A DNA stretch of 64,000 bases from Girardia tigrina (Eukaryota), in contig MQRK01250790.1 of NCBI GenBank assembly GCA_001938485.1, positions 1 to 64,000 of the forward strand. The letters are read 5' to 3'. A program made the position numbers and the translations under genes. Under the pieces are notes generated by a model. The model was not told where the DNA came from and ran no database searches. It saw nothing but the letters and a program-made list of their open reading frames with translations. Positions 11,011-24,800 of this stretch are shown in pieces. Numbering within the stretch: position 1 is the first letter of the stretch; every line of letters begins with the position of its first letter.

Positions 11011-13341
11011 CCAACTTTAAAAAAATAGAATAGTCCTCCAGGGGAATATTGAAAGTTTTAGCGTATTTTATTATTATTACATTGTAATTTTTTATTGTCT
11101 ATTTTATTTAATTTGTATAATTATTAATTTCTGATGATTGTGATGTAATAGAACATGGCAACTGTCCTGTGATTCTTTAGGAAATTATGCATAAATCGTT
11201 TGTTGTCAGACCGCGGTATTCTGCCAATCCAAATACATTCAAATATGGAACAGATCAGACATTTAAGTTCTGTTGATAAAATCTCTTTCCACAAATTTGT
11301 TGCTCAAGTTGATAGAGAATTTTCAAACAAAAAATTAATGACAAAATTATTTTTCTTCTCATTCAAACATTTAACTTCTTTTACAGTAATTATTTTATTA
11401 AATTATATTATATTACCAGGATTTAAAGTTTTTGTTTCCAAAAATAGGCGCATGCTCCTATAATTGTAGTGGTTCCAACCTAAAGCCATGGTCTGAACAT
11501 GGTCTGGTGCTTGCAGCAGAACAAGAGGAATTCAATATTGAAGCAGGAGATGATGCAATTGCTGATGAAGATGAAGAGCTTATTGAAAAATAAAACAATA
11601 TAACTGTATCAAAAGAGTCAGATAACAATGACTGTGTAAACATTCATGATAGCTGCAATGAGTAAATGTATAAATTTTAATTTTTATTAATAAAGACATT
11701 CTTTTTCCTTATTTAATATATAATTTTATTCATTTTTTATATAAAATGCAATTTCGAGGTGAAAACGGCGGTTTCCCAAAATAAGCAAATGCGCCTATTT
11801 TTGGGGACAAAATGGAACACCTAAAAACAAAAACTAAATACAAGCGCTTGCGCTTATTTACGGAAAATCCCGGTACATCTTTTTGTATGAACAATTATTT
11901 ACGTTTTTGTAAAAATAATTATTTTATTCTTTATATTCTTTTAAAATGATTTATATAAATGATAAATTTATATATTTTTTCGCATTCATTAAAACAAAAT
12001 ATTCAAACATTTACAATGTCGCCAGTAGGAGATGGATAAAATACGGAAAAGGATTTACGCCAGACTACAAATATAAAGGAAATGTGATTGGGAGAGGAAC
12101 CAGCGACTATTAAGACGACAGTAGTAAGATTTGAGAGGGAAACTTGTGAATGTGTGCCGTGGTATAATGATTCAGCATATCCTGGGAGAACAGGGCTCTA
12201 TAAACTAATGTTTCATGCCATGGCTATGTTGTTGATGGTAAGGGATGAACGCGATATGGATTGTAAATATATTCCAGAATGCAGATGGGATGCCGATTAC
12301 GATAACCAAAAAATCATATCATTTTTATAATGAATTACAAAGAGACAATACCTGGGCATGATTAAAAACGGATAGAGAAAAGGAAAACAGAGATTCAGGA
12401 ACGCGGGAAAGGAAGATCAGTGAGACAAGCCGGTAAACGAGAATTTGACGACCCTCTCAATACTTGGAAACCAGCAGTATAAACAATCATTTGATTGTGA
12501 TATATTTGTTTTAATATTTCGGTTATAAATATATAAATTGTAAAATATTTTGTTCATAGGACTCTTATCTCATTGAGAATATCGAAGGGAATCACCATTT
12601 TATGACATGGTAATTTCAGTCTGTTTCCCATTCTTCACGTCACAAGCAATATATTTGGCAAAGAACAAACCATTCAGGAATCTTCATCAAAACTTCAATT
12701 CAATAAATACGTTTGTAGGGACACAATGTTGAACAAAGAATCAAATAATTTACGAAATCATCAAATTCAATTATCCTATTTGTTAAATTCAATAAAGATA
12801 TTCATTAACCCATGAATACAAAAATCACAAGCAATATCGGAATCAATCGGACTAAAAATCTTTGTCATCAATGTTTTTTCAAGTATTTACAAACTATTGA
12901 CCCGTGAAAAAATATTCAAGAGTCACTAATAAATTAATCAGTAAGAACTGGATTTGCTGAATCGAATCAAGTGATTATTGGTAGAAATGGTTTTATAGAT
13001 CTTTTGATTAGACCAAAGATGTGTTTAAACTTCCGTAGAACTCTTGTCGTCATAAATACATGTTGTGATCTCTTTCCCTGTTTTTTTCATTTATCCCGTG
13101 GGCAGCCGCTCTCGACGGAGAATACATTAACGTTATTAAGTATTAAAAATAATTTTTCTTCCATCTTTCGTCGGACGATTGTTCCGAGACATTTTTATTT
13201 TATTACAATAATATAATGGTACAATATTAAAGAAATATATGGAGTTATACAAATTTTGATTCACGTTACCTTGTATTAACATAATTCGAGATTAACCTTT
13301 AATAAATTTTGTATTCCCTTCAATACACCAACGTTGATAGA

Positions 13342-13383
<42 letters not shown>

Positions 13384-13655
13384 ATGTACAGATATATGAG
13401 CAATTGTTAACATGATTATAATGCTTCCAAACAAATGGGCGTGGATCGAGAGTCTATGAAGTAGATCCATATTGTTGGATAAAACAGACTTATAGGGACA
13501 ACGTAAGGAGGAGAGGAAGGGGTCCTGACACCAGGCTATTCCAAACAAAAAGTATTTTAATTAATTGATCATTCCAGTTTATCTACAGCGATATCTTCGG
13601 AGCTGTTTTCTCTTTCAGGAGAGAAAGAAGATATATAAATTGGCGAGTAAGTTTT

Positions 13656-15596
13656 TTATACATTTATCTCATTTATCAATTTGAATTCTTTTTTCTTTCT
13701 TTCTATTTGAAGTTCAATGTTGTTGTGGAGGGTAAATGCCAATTGCCATTTCCTACGGATTCTTCTTTTCGAAGCCAACTGCTTATCTTTGTCATTCATG
13801 AAACACTTTGACACTTCTTTATGATGTTCAAGAAGCAGATCGGAGAAGCATTTGAGGATGGGGTTGTTATGATACTGATCGGTGTAGAGAAATCCGATGT
13901 AACTCATGTAACCAGGATCAAAGTTGTGTAGATAGTCGGGAAGTGCACAGAAATCGATTCTACAAAAGCAAAACACTCCCGACACAACCCAAATAATGAT
14001 TCTTTTCAAGGAATTGAACAACCCCATCATCACGTTGATGAAGAATGCGCAGTGAGTGTAAATCATGAACATTCTTCGATTGTTCACTTCCATCAACCTG
14101 CCTCTCTCTTTCATGAACACAAACTTGATGAGGAGTGTCTGAGAGAAGTTGAAGATTATTGTCGCTATTACGACAGGAGCGTAACTGACACATTTCTGTC
14201 TAAGCCACGAGTTTTCCAAATAGATCAGAGGTAACAGAAAGAGGCCAATAGAAACAAATAAGAATACGAACATAAAGGTAATAACCATAAATATACCCCA
14301 CAAAATATACGCTGCCTGATATCCACTGTATTTCACGAATCCCGATATCAGTCCCGAAGGATTTGGGGCCTTTCTGATGGCGATGATCGACGAGAACCCC
14401 CTCTTGCTGATTCTATGGAACTGCAGCCGATAATTCCTGAGGATCAAAAATGTTTGGATGACCGAATTTACCATTCCCACGACAACTGCCGTGAGGAAAC
14501 AATTGATGATAAGATGCGTATAGAAGAGAGTAAGGAACCGAAATGCATTTTTGATTTCTTTGGAAGAATACGTGGAATAATTCCCTGAGGCTATTCTAAA
14601 AGCAGTTCCAATATCCATTTTCGTGGTGTCGTACTTCTTCCGGATGAAGTAGATCATGTTCCACGCCGTCGGCGTCAAGTTCATTATGTTATCCATAAAG
14701 ATTCGATAAGCAAAGAAAATCCCGACAAACAAGCCGATGGCGAGTCGCGGAGGAATCTTGAACCCGGAAATCTTTAGGTAAACGGTTCTCGATAATTTTG
14801 TTTTGATTTTTCCAACATTGACTCTTTCAAAAAATGTTTTCTGTTCTGTCTCGACTCGATAATTCCTCTTCAATAACTCCTTCACATATTTAAAGCAAGC
14901 CTTTTTATCCTCCTCTCTTACGATTTGCGAGTCTTGGTTCTGACATCCATTGTACTTGACGTGGAGTACAACCAGTCTTATAAAACATGAGATTACCGCT
15001 ATGTCAATTGACATGTAAACAGCCGCGATGAACAAATAAGGGATCCTCTCTGTTCCTATCAAGCATTGAAGAACGTAATAATGGTGGACGGTCTCACTGA
15101 TAAGGATCCCACTAAAGATCACAATGGCGATAATATAACCCGACAAAAGTCTCTGGTAGGTAGCGGCAAATAAAGGATACGTCATTACCGAAAAGACAGC
15201 AACAAAAATCAGTTTTAAGAAAAATTTTTCTATCGGAGAGAAGTTTGGAAATTCCGTTTTCATGTCAAAGATGATCTCGAATATATCCTCCGAGAGACAG
15301 AGGAAGATGAACGTGTAAAGAACGATATTTTCGTGATCATTGAGCACATTCATGGGAAGTGCGAGTCCGGGTCGTCCGTGGCAAGTGTCTGGGCGACAGG
15401 AGACTCTCTTCGACATGAGAGAAAAGGCGATAAGAACGAACGGAGCGACAAAACAAATTATCACATCGTATATCTCAGAATAACTACTCACGAAGAGACA
15501 ACCTTCCGACGCATTAAAGGATGAACGCTTGAAAATCTCTGCGATTTCCCACATGCAACTTACAATTTGATCGAACGCGAAAGGATACTGATCCAT
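13656..15596 (-). CDS. STRA6-like: STRA6/STRA6-like (RBP-receptor family) polytopic membrane protein, 646 aa, single coding exon
   Basis: Long uninterrupted ORF with many hydrophobic segments. Motifs YSGYQAAYILWG, NNRR...FFINVMMG, RID...DPGYMSYIGFL...HNNP and C-terminal RIRRKWQLAFTLHNN are characteristic of this family. Confidence 0.9.
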   Translation of the reverse strand: MDQYPFAFDQIVSCMWEIAEIFKRSSFNASEGCLFVSSYSEIYDVIICFVAPFVLIAFSLMSKRVSCRPDTCHGRPGLALPMNVLNDHENIVLYTFIFLCLSEDIFEIIFDMKTEFPNFSPIEKFFLKLIFVAVFSVMTYPLFAATYQRLLSGYIIAIVIFSGILISETVHHYYVLQCLIGTERIPYLFIAAVYMSIDIAVISCFIRLVVLHVKYNGCQNQDSQIVREEDKKACFKYVKELLKRNYRVETEQKTFFERVNVGKIKTKLSRTVYLKISGFKIPPRLAIGLFVGIFFAYRIFMDNIMNLTPTAWNMIYFIRKKYDTTKMDIGTAFRIASGNYSTYSSKEIKNAFRFLTLFYTHLIINCFLTAVVVGMVNSVIQTFLILRNYRLQFHRISKRGFSSIIAIRKAPNPSGLISGFVKYSGYQAAYILWGIFMVITFMFVFLFVSIGLFLLPLIYLENSWLRQKCVSYAPVVIATIIFNFSQTLLIKFVFMKERGRLMEVNNRRMFMIYTHCAFFINVMMGLFNSLKRIIIWVVSGVFCFCRIDFCALPDYLHNFDPGYMSYIGFLYTDQYHNNPILKCFSDLLLEHHKEVSKCFMNDKDKQLASKRRIRRKWQLAFTLHNNIELQIERKKKEFKLINEINV

Positions 15597-16383
15597 TGTG
15601 TCAAAAGTGATTCACTTCTGTTTTCTGCTTTAATTTTTCCATTCTGAAAGGGAGAAGAAAATTCGCGAAGCAACCCCAGTGCAGGCAAGTTCTCCGCCGT
15701 GAATCAGAGGCGCATGTGCGGTGGGTCGATAGCAGTGTCCCTGGAAGGGAGGAATTCCCATAGATTGGCTGACAACGACTCTATTTGCCTGTGTCTAAGT
15801 GCAGATATTCTACAAATATTATACTGATTGATATTATCACTTTCCTTAACAGTCAAGCCATTGGTCCTTAATGGAATGGCTGACTTCCTCTACCCCGGTG
15901 TACACGGGTAGAGAGGCCAGGCATTTAATTATGACTGTACGGATGTCAGAAGACATTGGTCAATATTTGCCCGGTAAAAGACGATTGAGTCACATTCCTG
16001 TTTCATCACAACAATTCTTTTTGTGTTTTCTGTTTATCAAATAATCGATTATTTCACGTCAGTTCATTCAATCTTTCGTGCGGTAAAATAATGGAGGGGT
16101 CATAGCTCCTCCACAAGTAAGTCACACGGGGTGAAGAGTGCCCCTTACGAATAAGCGATCCCCCATTTATATACACATTCAAGTACTCATTTACATATAA
16201 CTATAGAATCGCACTTCTTCAATAAGTTTGCTATTTTGTATAAGATTTCGGAAATTCGTTAAATATTTTATTATAATTGAATTATTAAAAAAGTTTTGTT
16301 TTCTTCAACTACTTGTTCATGTTCAGGGATACGAGTTTTCCTTGTAACACAAAGGAACCCCGGTATTGACCACGAGTCGAGAG

Positions 16384-17600
16384 TAGGGGCTCCGAATCCC
16401 GGCATTTTCCTGATCCCGGGATCCCGAAATTACAGAATATTTTAAATTTAATTTTTAATCTAGTTCAAATTTTAATAATTTTAATTAACATATATTTTAT
16501 TTTTTTAATTAAAATTTTGGTATTTTATTTGAAATCTAAAACAAGAAACATTAATACAACTAAAAGTCATAAAATATTTATTTCTTTAAGACAATATACA
16601 CTAGAATCACTGACAATTTTGGAAATAATGTCGTAACAAGGTCAACTTACATAGTGCTTTATTGAAGAGTCGGGGTCTTAGTTTTTTCATAAACAGTTCA
16701 CTCGCAGAAAATGATCTTTCCGCCTCGACACTTGTTGGAGGTACTCTCATAAAAGTTTTGTACAAAATTTCCAGAAGCTTCCCTCTTTGACCGACGACGC
16801 GGAAAAAATCGAGTTCTCTTCCAATTTTGCATTCTATTGATGCTGTTTTTCCTCTTCCTTCCTTTTCATTTGACCCACTGCCATATTTCTGCCAGGCTTC
16901 CTTCAAACGTTCGTTAATATCACTTGACTTCTTTTCTTCAGTTAAATATCATTTCCATTTTCACAATCATTGGCGACATTCAATTTGTTAGCGAGGTTGA
17001 TGAGTACATACTTCACGGCATTCATTTCGGTAGTTGTATCTATGTGTCAGCCACAACTAAGATATTTTATTGCCTAAGAATCTTTCTGCCATGCGATTCT
17101 GCGATGCAGTGGATAAGTCATCTGAGAACATTGACTTTTGTTGGGCTATTTCATCTAATGCAAATCGAACAGCAGCATTTCTCATCGCCAAAGTGCATTT
17201 TCTCTTTGACAGGGTCTTTATTATCGATTCCACTGGCTTCAAAGCTCGACAAATGATTTCAAGTGAGTTATTTTTTGATTCACTAAAGATGATTTCTGAA
17301 TTCAAAGAGACTAAAGCTTTTTTCACGAATCTTTTCACAAAAAGGAATCTTTTAAGCATAGCGATCAAGGAATTCCATCTGGTTTTATATCAAATAAAAG
17401 ATAAATTGTTGAAGCCTCTCATTTTTAACAGGACTTCAAGGAAATATTTTCAAACAAATTTTTGTCTTATTATTAATTTTATTTTATTTCACTTTGATGT
17501 CGAATAATTTAAATTTTTGCAAAAGTTATAAATTTTGAATCCCGGGGTCCCGATCTCATTTTCCCGCGAAATCGCCGGGATCCCGGGATTGGAACCCCTA
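16384..17600 (-). mobile_element. Internally deleted hAT transposon
   Basis: Perfect 8-bp TSD GTCGAGAG (16376-16383 and 17601-17608); TIR TAGGGG(C/T)TCC..ATCCCGG with GGGATCCCG subterminal motifs. Transposase remnants: a TRWNS-like segment, ALKPVESIIKTLS, and dimerisation motif VPPTSVEAERSFSA. Confidence 0.93.
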
Positions 17601-17808
17601 GTCGAGAGTATTTAATCCTTGATTCTAATTAAAGAAGAGAGGCGCGCTAGAGGTATATAGGGACATTTGTTTACCCCACAACATTTCGGGTTGAACAACT
17701 AAACTACATTATAGATTAAACGGGCTATTCGTATATATATATATATATATATATATATNNNNNNNNNNNNNNNNNNNNNNNNNNNNNNNNNNNNNNNNNN
17801 NNNNNNNN

Positions 17809-17845
<37 letters not shown>

Positions 17846-18305
17846 GAGTGGGTCAAAATCCCTACAGCCCTGTATACATATGGAGGAGATAAACGATTTT
17901 AAACCGCGTCTGGAAGAGCGTCTCCAAATTCGATAATTATCGATCGATTTTTCGATATTTGTCGATTTTCGTTGATATAATCTTGTCCTTTATTGTACGC
18001 CGATACAATTCTCTCTTTGTCATTCTTAGAAACTCTGAAAAATGAGGAAATAAATCAAGTAAAAAGTTTAAACATCTTTTTAAACAAACGTATTTTCTAA
18101 AACCAAATATTCATGTCTCGTGATTAATTTTCAAAATTCAATGAATTATTCGAAAAATACACAATGTTCCTTTTGTACAGAAATGACAAATTATTTCAAT
18201 ATTGACCAAAGAGATTTGTCGTATTATCAAAAATTTGATTCTCCACTCTACATCAGTGATCTCTCGACACGGAACAACCAGACAGTCGCCAATCGACCAT
18301 CATCG

Positions 18306-18319
18306 GTCACCAAGGCGAC
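18306..18319. promoter_or_regulatory. X-box (RFX-binding)-like motif upstream of DRC10
   Basis: GTCACCAAGGCGAC is an imperfect palindrome close to the X-box consensus GTTGCCATGGCAAC, about 525 bp upstream of the ATG of a motile-cilium gene. Confidence 0.5.
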
Positions 18320-18842
18320 TAGCAGAATCGATTTACCGCAACCGAACTTGATCCAGGCGACACTCAACCGGAATTTGATAGAGAAAATCGGATCGACACT
18401 ATGTAGAATATCTAACTACAAAATAGAATATCTATGGAGAATTTAATCAATTTTTCCACTTTAAATTATTTATTTTTCAATTAAATTGTCAAATATAATA
18501 TTATTATTGTATACCATAACATCCGTCTATAAGACCTCTTTTCATTATTAAAATTTGACCCCAAACTCAAGAGGGGGTCTTGTACTCACGAACATTGTAA
18601 AATATCGAAATCGAAAAACGATTAAATAAAAAGACATCTCTGTAATTTATTAATGGAATATAAATAAAATACATATATTATTATTCTCAAGTTAATGCAA
18701 CACGAAAAGACCATTTGCACATTAGCAAGACACAAAATTGACACAGGTGGATTGCGACAACATTTACCGAAATAAAACAAATAAATAAAGTATAATTTGA
18801 TCGATCTCATTCGATTAAATAAATCGATAAGTAATAGCGGAA

Positions 18843-21800
18843 ATGAGCAAAGTCCAAAGTGGTCCGAGTGAAGTGAGAACGAAAATCAAACTGCCGCCAG
18901 TGAAGCCTCCTGGATCGGAGATTCTCCAACCAAAGCGACGACATCTGGAAACAATCGAGTCCCAGAGAATCCTCTTGATCATCGACGATGCGATCCGCAA
19001 TTTGAATCTGATCGCCGCGTTCGACACGATAATGGGCGACCTAGAGGACTTCGGGTTCCTGCTGGGGCAGCAGCTGTACCGGCTGTTTGCGCGGTTCCGG
19101 CCCGTGTTCGACCAGTATTCGAGCGTGTGCGTGCAGCTGATGAGGGCGCGGGGTGAGCTGACGCAAGGCTGCCTCGACCTCGAGACCGAGAGCGCCAACG
19201 ACACGTTCGAGGTGCCCACGGACTTCTGGACAATGCCGCTAGACCAGCTGAAGAAGCTCGACGAGCGCTCCAGCGTGTCGGTGGCTTCCCAGAGGAAACT
19301 GACGGAACTAGACACCGAGGAAATCGTAGAGAACGTGCCGGCCTTGGTCGAGAAGAAAAGAAAGGTCAGTCGGTGTTTGTCTCTCTTTATCATATTCATA
19401 ATCGTTGCTTTTCATTGGTATTTTCTTGGTGTTGTTAATCTCAATTTAACAAAATATTAACGAAACTCATCGATTTTAATTTATATTTCTTATAAATATT
19501 TTTGCAAAATAATTTTGTTAAAGCTTTATTGAGTATTCGATTATGGCACATGTTTAGGAAATTCTTCCATCACCATCAGTTACATTTGTTCGTTACTGCT
19601 TTTAATATTATTTAACACAATTTTATGTTACCAAATTATGTCTAAAATATTAAATTAGCGTTCACAAGACTCAATAATATATAAGTATATATTGAAGTGA
19701 CGCGTCTCGTATCCACCACCCTCTGACAACCGCCACACTTGTTCTCATCTTTTTAACAAAAATGTTTGAAAATTAATTTTAATTAAGTCAATGATGAACA
19801 TTCTTCCAGATCCTGTAGATGGCCGCCGCAACTTTTAACAACTGGCTTCTAGAATGGGATTTCAAATTCGAGAAATTGCCGTGCTCACAGAATAAATGTT
19901 CAGTTGAAGGCGATAGGAGCTGCTCTTTACCCGCTAATGCAGCAGCCTCATTAACCCATTTATTACATCTCGTGAAACATTGTTCTTGTCTAAAAGGTTG
20001 TGAGACATTATAGAAAAAGTAGAAAGGGGTGTGGATACTTTTACTGAATATTAAAAGATATCAATCAAAGATACTTTTCATTTATTCTTCATGGAAGGAA
20101 GGTATTGAAACGTGAATAATCGATTGTTTGAGACATACAAAGTGGCGCATGCAGAAACACACAAAAATTCGTCTTCCCTAACAATTGTCGAGTTGAAGAT
20201 TATGAGTCTGTTTCCCCAGGCAATGCAACTGATCCTGTGAAGGAAGACGAGTTTCCTCAATAAAGATTCAACGAAAATGATGTTATATTAGAAAAAATTA
20301 CAGTCTTGATAAAGGTAAGAATGCAAGCGCCTATTCTGACAGAAGAAGTTAGGATGTAACAGAAGATGAACAGGTTGATATGATAAAGAAATTTCAATGA
20401 AAAGAATGCTATTCAGCTTTGTAAATAATCAAAGATTTTTTTCATCAATCAGGAAAGTTTGACGTTAGAGTTACTGAATTAAAAGAAATAAGCAAGACCT
20501 TGACAAAAGACGAAAGACATTGTAACTTAGATAATTGGGGGATTAAAACACAAATTTCTTTTCTCATGGACTCTGTTATCCGCCACTTTTTTTCCAAGTC
20601 CCAATTTTGGCGGATATGGGAGACTTTGCTGTATATATAGTGAAAAATAAAGAAACATCTTTAAAGTAACCATTTATTATTTCAATATTCACGAAATGTT
20701 TCGTTCTTATCAGAACATCTTCAGGCGGATCGTCCATTGATAGAAAACATTTATAAAATGACTAAAATAAAACCAGAAAGTAGCTTACCTTTGATGAGGT
20801 TTCTGTATTGTGGTCTTGTGATGTTTCAGAGCATCCACAATAGGCTCATTAAGTTCATTAAATTCAATGATGGCAATTTTATTCGTGTGGTTCGGGCCCG
20901 TCTTTGAGCAGTACTCGAGCTTGTGCGTGTAGCTGTATAGGGTGCGAGGCGAGCTGACACACGGCTGCCTCGACGTCGAGACCAAAAGCACCAAAGACTC
21001 GTTTGAAGTGCCCGCGGACTTCGGGACCATCGAGTTTGACCAGCTGAAGAGGCTCGGCGAGCGGTCCAGCGTGTCTGCGGCGCTCAGAAAAAACTGACAG
21101 AATTGGATGCCGAGGACGACATGGAGAACGTGCCGGCCTTGGTCGAGAAAAAAAGACAGGTCAGTCGATTTATATTCGTGTTTGAAAGAATAAACAATTT
21201 TAATACTCTACTCAATTTTATCGTCCACTTTTTTCTTATTTTGTTCTATCTCCGGGAGTGAGTCTCAATCAATGATTCGGAATATGAATTTGTACTTGAT
21301 AATTTCTTCCATGTTTTTATCGTTTCACTAGATTTTGTAGAAGTAGAAGAAAGAGACCAAGAATGATAAATATTTCTTCTTTAAATATTTTGTTTCAATA
21401 TCACTGATAGATGATGATAACTGTTTCAAGATGGCTCCCCTGGTTCATTTCTACGTGCGGAGCATTCTCATAGGGTTCCGTAACAACCCGATCGCTACTC
21501 AATGCGTTCTGAATCACAAAGACGTCTGGAGGATCAGGAGAAATGTCTCTGTGTCAAGACTGATAGATCTAATGTGCCAGTTGAGGCAGATAATATTCGA
21601 TCGGTTAATAACATCGGCGCAGGAGAGAGACGAGAAGGCCAGGTTCATTGCGTCCGTGGTAAAGAAGGAAAAGGACCATCAAACGGTGATCAGTGAACTG
21701 AGAGCGACTCTAGAGCAGATGAAGATGGAAAAGGAGATAATGGTAATTTTCTTGAGACCCAATACCAAATGATACCTTCATTTATTAATTTTAGGTATCA

Positions 21801-24800
21801 AAAATGAATTTCGAGATAATCGATTTACAGAAAGATATATATAAAATGGAAGTAGATGGGAAGAATGAAATTCACAAGATTTTAATAAAATCGGAGGCGG
21901 AAATGGAAAGCATCAAACTTGCTCACGAGGGTAATTTAATTATTAAGCAGGAGAGAGATACAGGGAAAGGGGTTATGGGGTTGATCTTTAACATGATTTA
22001 TATTAAAAAGGTTAACACTGAGATTCTTTATCCTGCCCAGATGTTATCTTTATTTTTAGTTAATCTCCTCGTCGGCATGGGGGCTGTTATTCAGTGCTAC
22101 AAATAATAAAAGACCGCACTTAATGACAACGATTTCCTATAGCAAACCGTTCAGTATTCTTTTGCATGAAACCTCTTGACTATTTTGTGTCAGATTCATC
22201 AGTATGGCTCCACCAATTCTTAGTATTTGACACTTGTACTTCTACTTGCCCGCAACTGCTTAGGGAGACGCATGTTGTTACCAATATCATTATTGGGTTC
22301 AGGGAAAAACATTGTAAATTTTGTCACGGAAATTGTAAAATTATTTAAAAATTTTTGTAAATTGCTCACTAACCTAAATTATTAATAATTTATAAATCCA
22401 CAATTATTATTTTGAAACATCAAAAAAATCATTTTTATCAATTTAATAATGATAAATAATATTATAATTTAAATGATAAATGATTAATTTAAAAAATAAC
22501 ACAAAACAATGTTAAATAATGTCAAAATAATTTTAATAATATTTCATATGATACTCAAAAGACATTTAAATAATTTTAAATTGAAATCAAATTTTAGTAA
22601 TTTTAATTATTTAATACTGATTAATATTATATTTTTTATACTTTTGTAATTTTGAATATTTTAGTTTTTTTGAATTTTTTATCTTTTTTCAGATTTTTTT
22701 ATTTTCAATAATTTAAATATTTTGAAAATTTTATTTTCAAAAGAAATTTTTCACGATTTTTTAATTATTTAAATAATTTATTCCAATATGAAAATAATAT
22801 ATTATACAAGAATATATTAAAAAACCACCACAAATTCAAATATATTCGAATAAAATTGTTTTAAAAGTCACAAAACTAATTTAAAGCAAAAATTTGTTGT
22901 TTTTTTCTGCTATATTTATTATTGGTAGGTGTTATTGAGTCCTTCATTACTGGCAGCTCTGCATTTATTAATATCACCAACAGAATTGTCATTACAAAAA
23001 TTCTCTGGATCACTTTCAGAGTTTTTCATCACTCTTAATTTTATATATTTTCATATTCCGAAATGGAATTTAAATAATTAATTAATTTAACTTTTGAAAA
23101 ATATAACAGGATCAACAAGTTGTTTTATTGAGTACAACTTTTAAATTATTTTATTAAATGTTAATTTAAAATTATTTTATAATATTAATTAAAAATATTA
23201 AAATTCAATTAAATTTAATAAACATTTATAATGACATTTTTTTGAAAAATAATTGTTAGGAATTAATAGTAAACGGAAAATTTTTGAAATAGGCAATCGA
23301 AATTAAGTTAAAGTAGTTAATTAAATATAATTTTATAAAATACCGCTTTAACAAAAAATAAAACTTTAGTAATTTAGTTCCTCAATTTTTTAAAGAAATA
23401 ATTAAATAGATAGAATATAAGTTAAAAGTAAATTAAATAAACAACAAATCTGTTTAAATAATTGGCAGAATTTTTCCGGGAATTGAAAATCAGAGTGGAA
23501 ATTGGAATTATTAGAAGATCAACGCAATTATTCAATTATTCCAAATATTTTTCAATATCCGATAATTAGGTGTCAGTAATAAATATAATTTAGTTATGGA
23601 TATTTGGTCTTCTCCGAGTGGTGTTCCCACAGATTCTAACAATAATAATTAAGATTTCAGTCAGATCCCGGGATAGAAGAGACAGGACCCTCTAAAACAA
23701 TATATAACATTAATAAATTGTTTTGAAAGGTTCTATTGCAATTTCTAATATTTAGTACGTAACATCTTTTTCAAGCATAGATAATCAAAGCACATGAAAT
23801 AGGTTACGTTTTATTAAACAAAGAAGCAGAATTAAGCAGTATTCTCTACCTAAGGCAGTGGTTTCCAACCTGTAAGGGCTGAGTATCAAAGAAAAGCCAT
23901 AGAGATTTTATTTTTTCTACAGCAAATAACAAATCTATATACATTTGGTCCTCTTCTTATGCGATTTTAAAGTTATGCGGATATTTTTTCAAAAAAATAT
24001 GGAACCCTTATTTTATTTTAAGTCTGTTTTACGTGTTTTTATTCTGTTTTTATGTGCCATGGAACCTATCTATCGCATAAAAAGAGAACCAAGTGTACTC
24101 TTACTTCTCAATATAAGAACCGTTATTGATTACACACTTCTATCAGCGCACTACTAATTCTAAAAATGCCTTTTTGAAAAAAATATTTTAAAGTTTCATA
24201 TAGAAATCCGATTATTAAAACAAGAATTAAAACTAAAATCAGTCATTATATCACATTTAAATTATTTCATTAGAAAGAAATTCAAACAAATTTTCTACTT
24301 CCTTTTGGACCTCCCATCTCTTTTCAAGAATGGTATTGAACCTATAGGCTACTTCGATAGATCCACACCAAATAAATCTATAAACCCCCAGATAGGCCTC
24401 ATACAGGGACGTCAGCAATTTGCTTCAGCGCACGCTTCTGTAATCCAGTGAAAAAAAACGACCAGTCATGGGAAGCGGTCCCATGGTTCTGCACCCCTTT
24501 GGCTGTGTACGTAGACAAAATATAACTTACTTTTAATAATCGATTCACAAATATTCTTATTTAGTCTTTTAATTTATAAATCCTAAATAATTTTTTTTAA
24601 AAACTCAAAATTAAAAATAATATTTAATTCGATTTTGATTTAATATTATTTATTCTAAAATAATATTTAAAATTATAAAACATTAATTCTAATTCATTGA
24701 AAACCTTTTAATTTCAAATTAATTAAAATATTAAAAATTCTTGAAAATCTCAAATTTTTATTTTCAAAAGTTACATATTTTATAAATTTATTTCATCTGT

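Noticed and set aside
12088-12330. 80-aa ORF with several Cys and Trp residues
   Set aside because: Non-ATG start, no recognisable motif and no splice context.
1326-15596. ACBP and STRA6-like as a lipid/retinoid gene cluster
   Set aside because: They are 12 kb apart, separated by transposons, with no shared regulatory evidence; adjacency alone is not support in an animal genome.
18815-19399. 194-aa antisense ORF over DRC10 exon 1, and similar antisense ORFs over STRA6-like, LIM, hAT and 46804-47328
   Set aside because: Shadow frames of real or likely coding sequence; no independent motifs.
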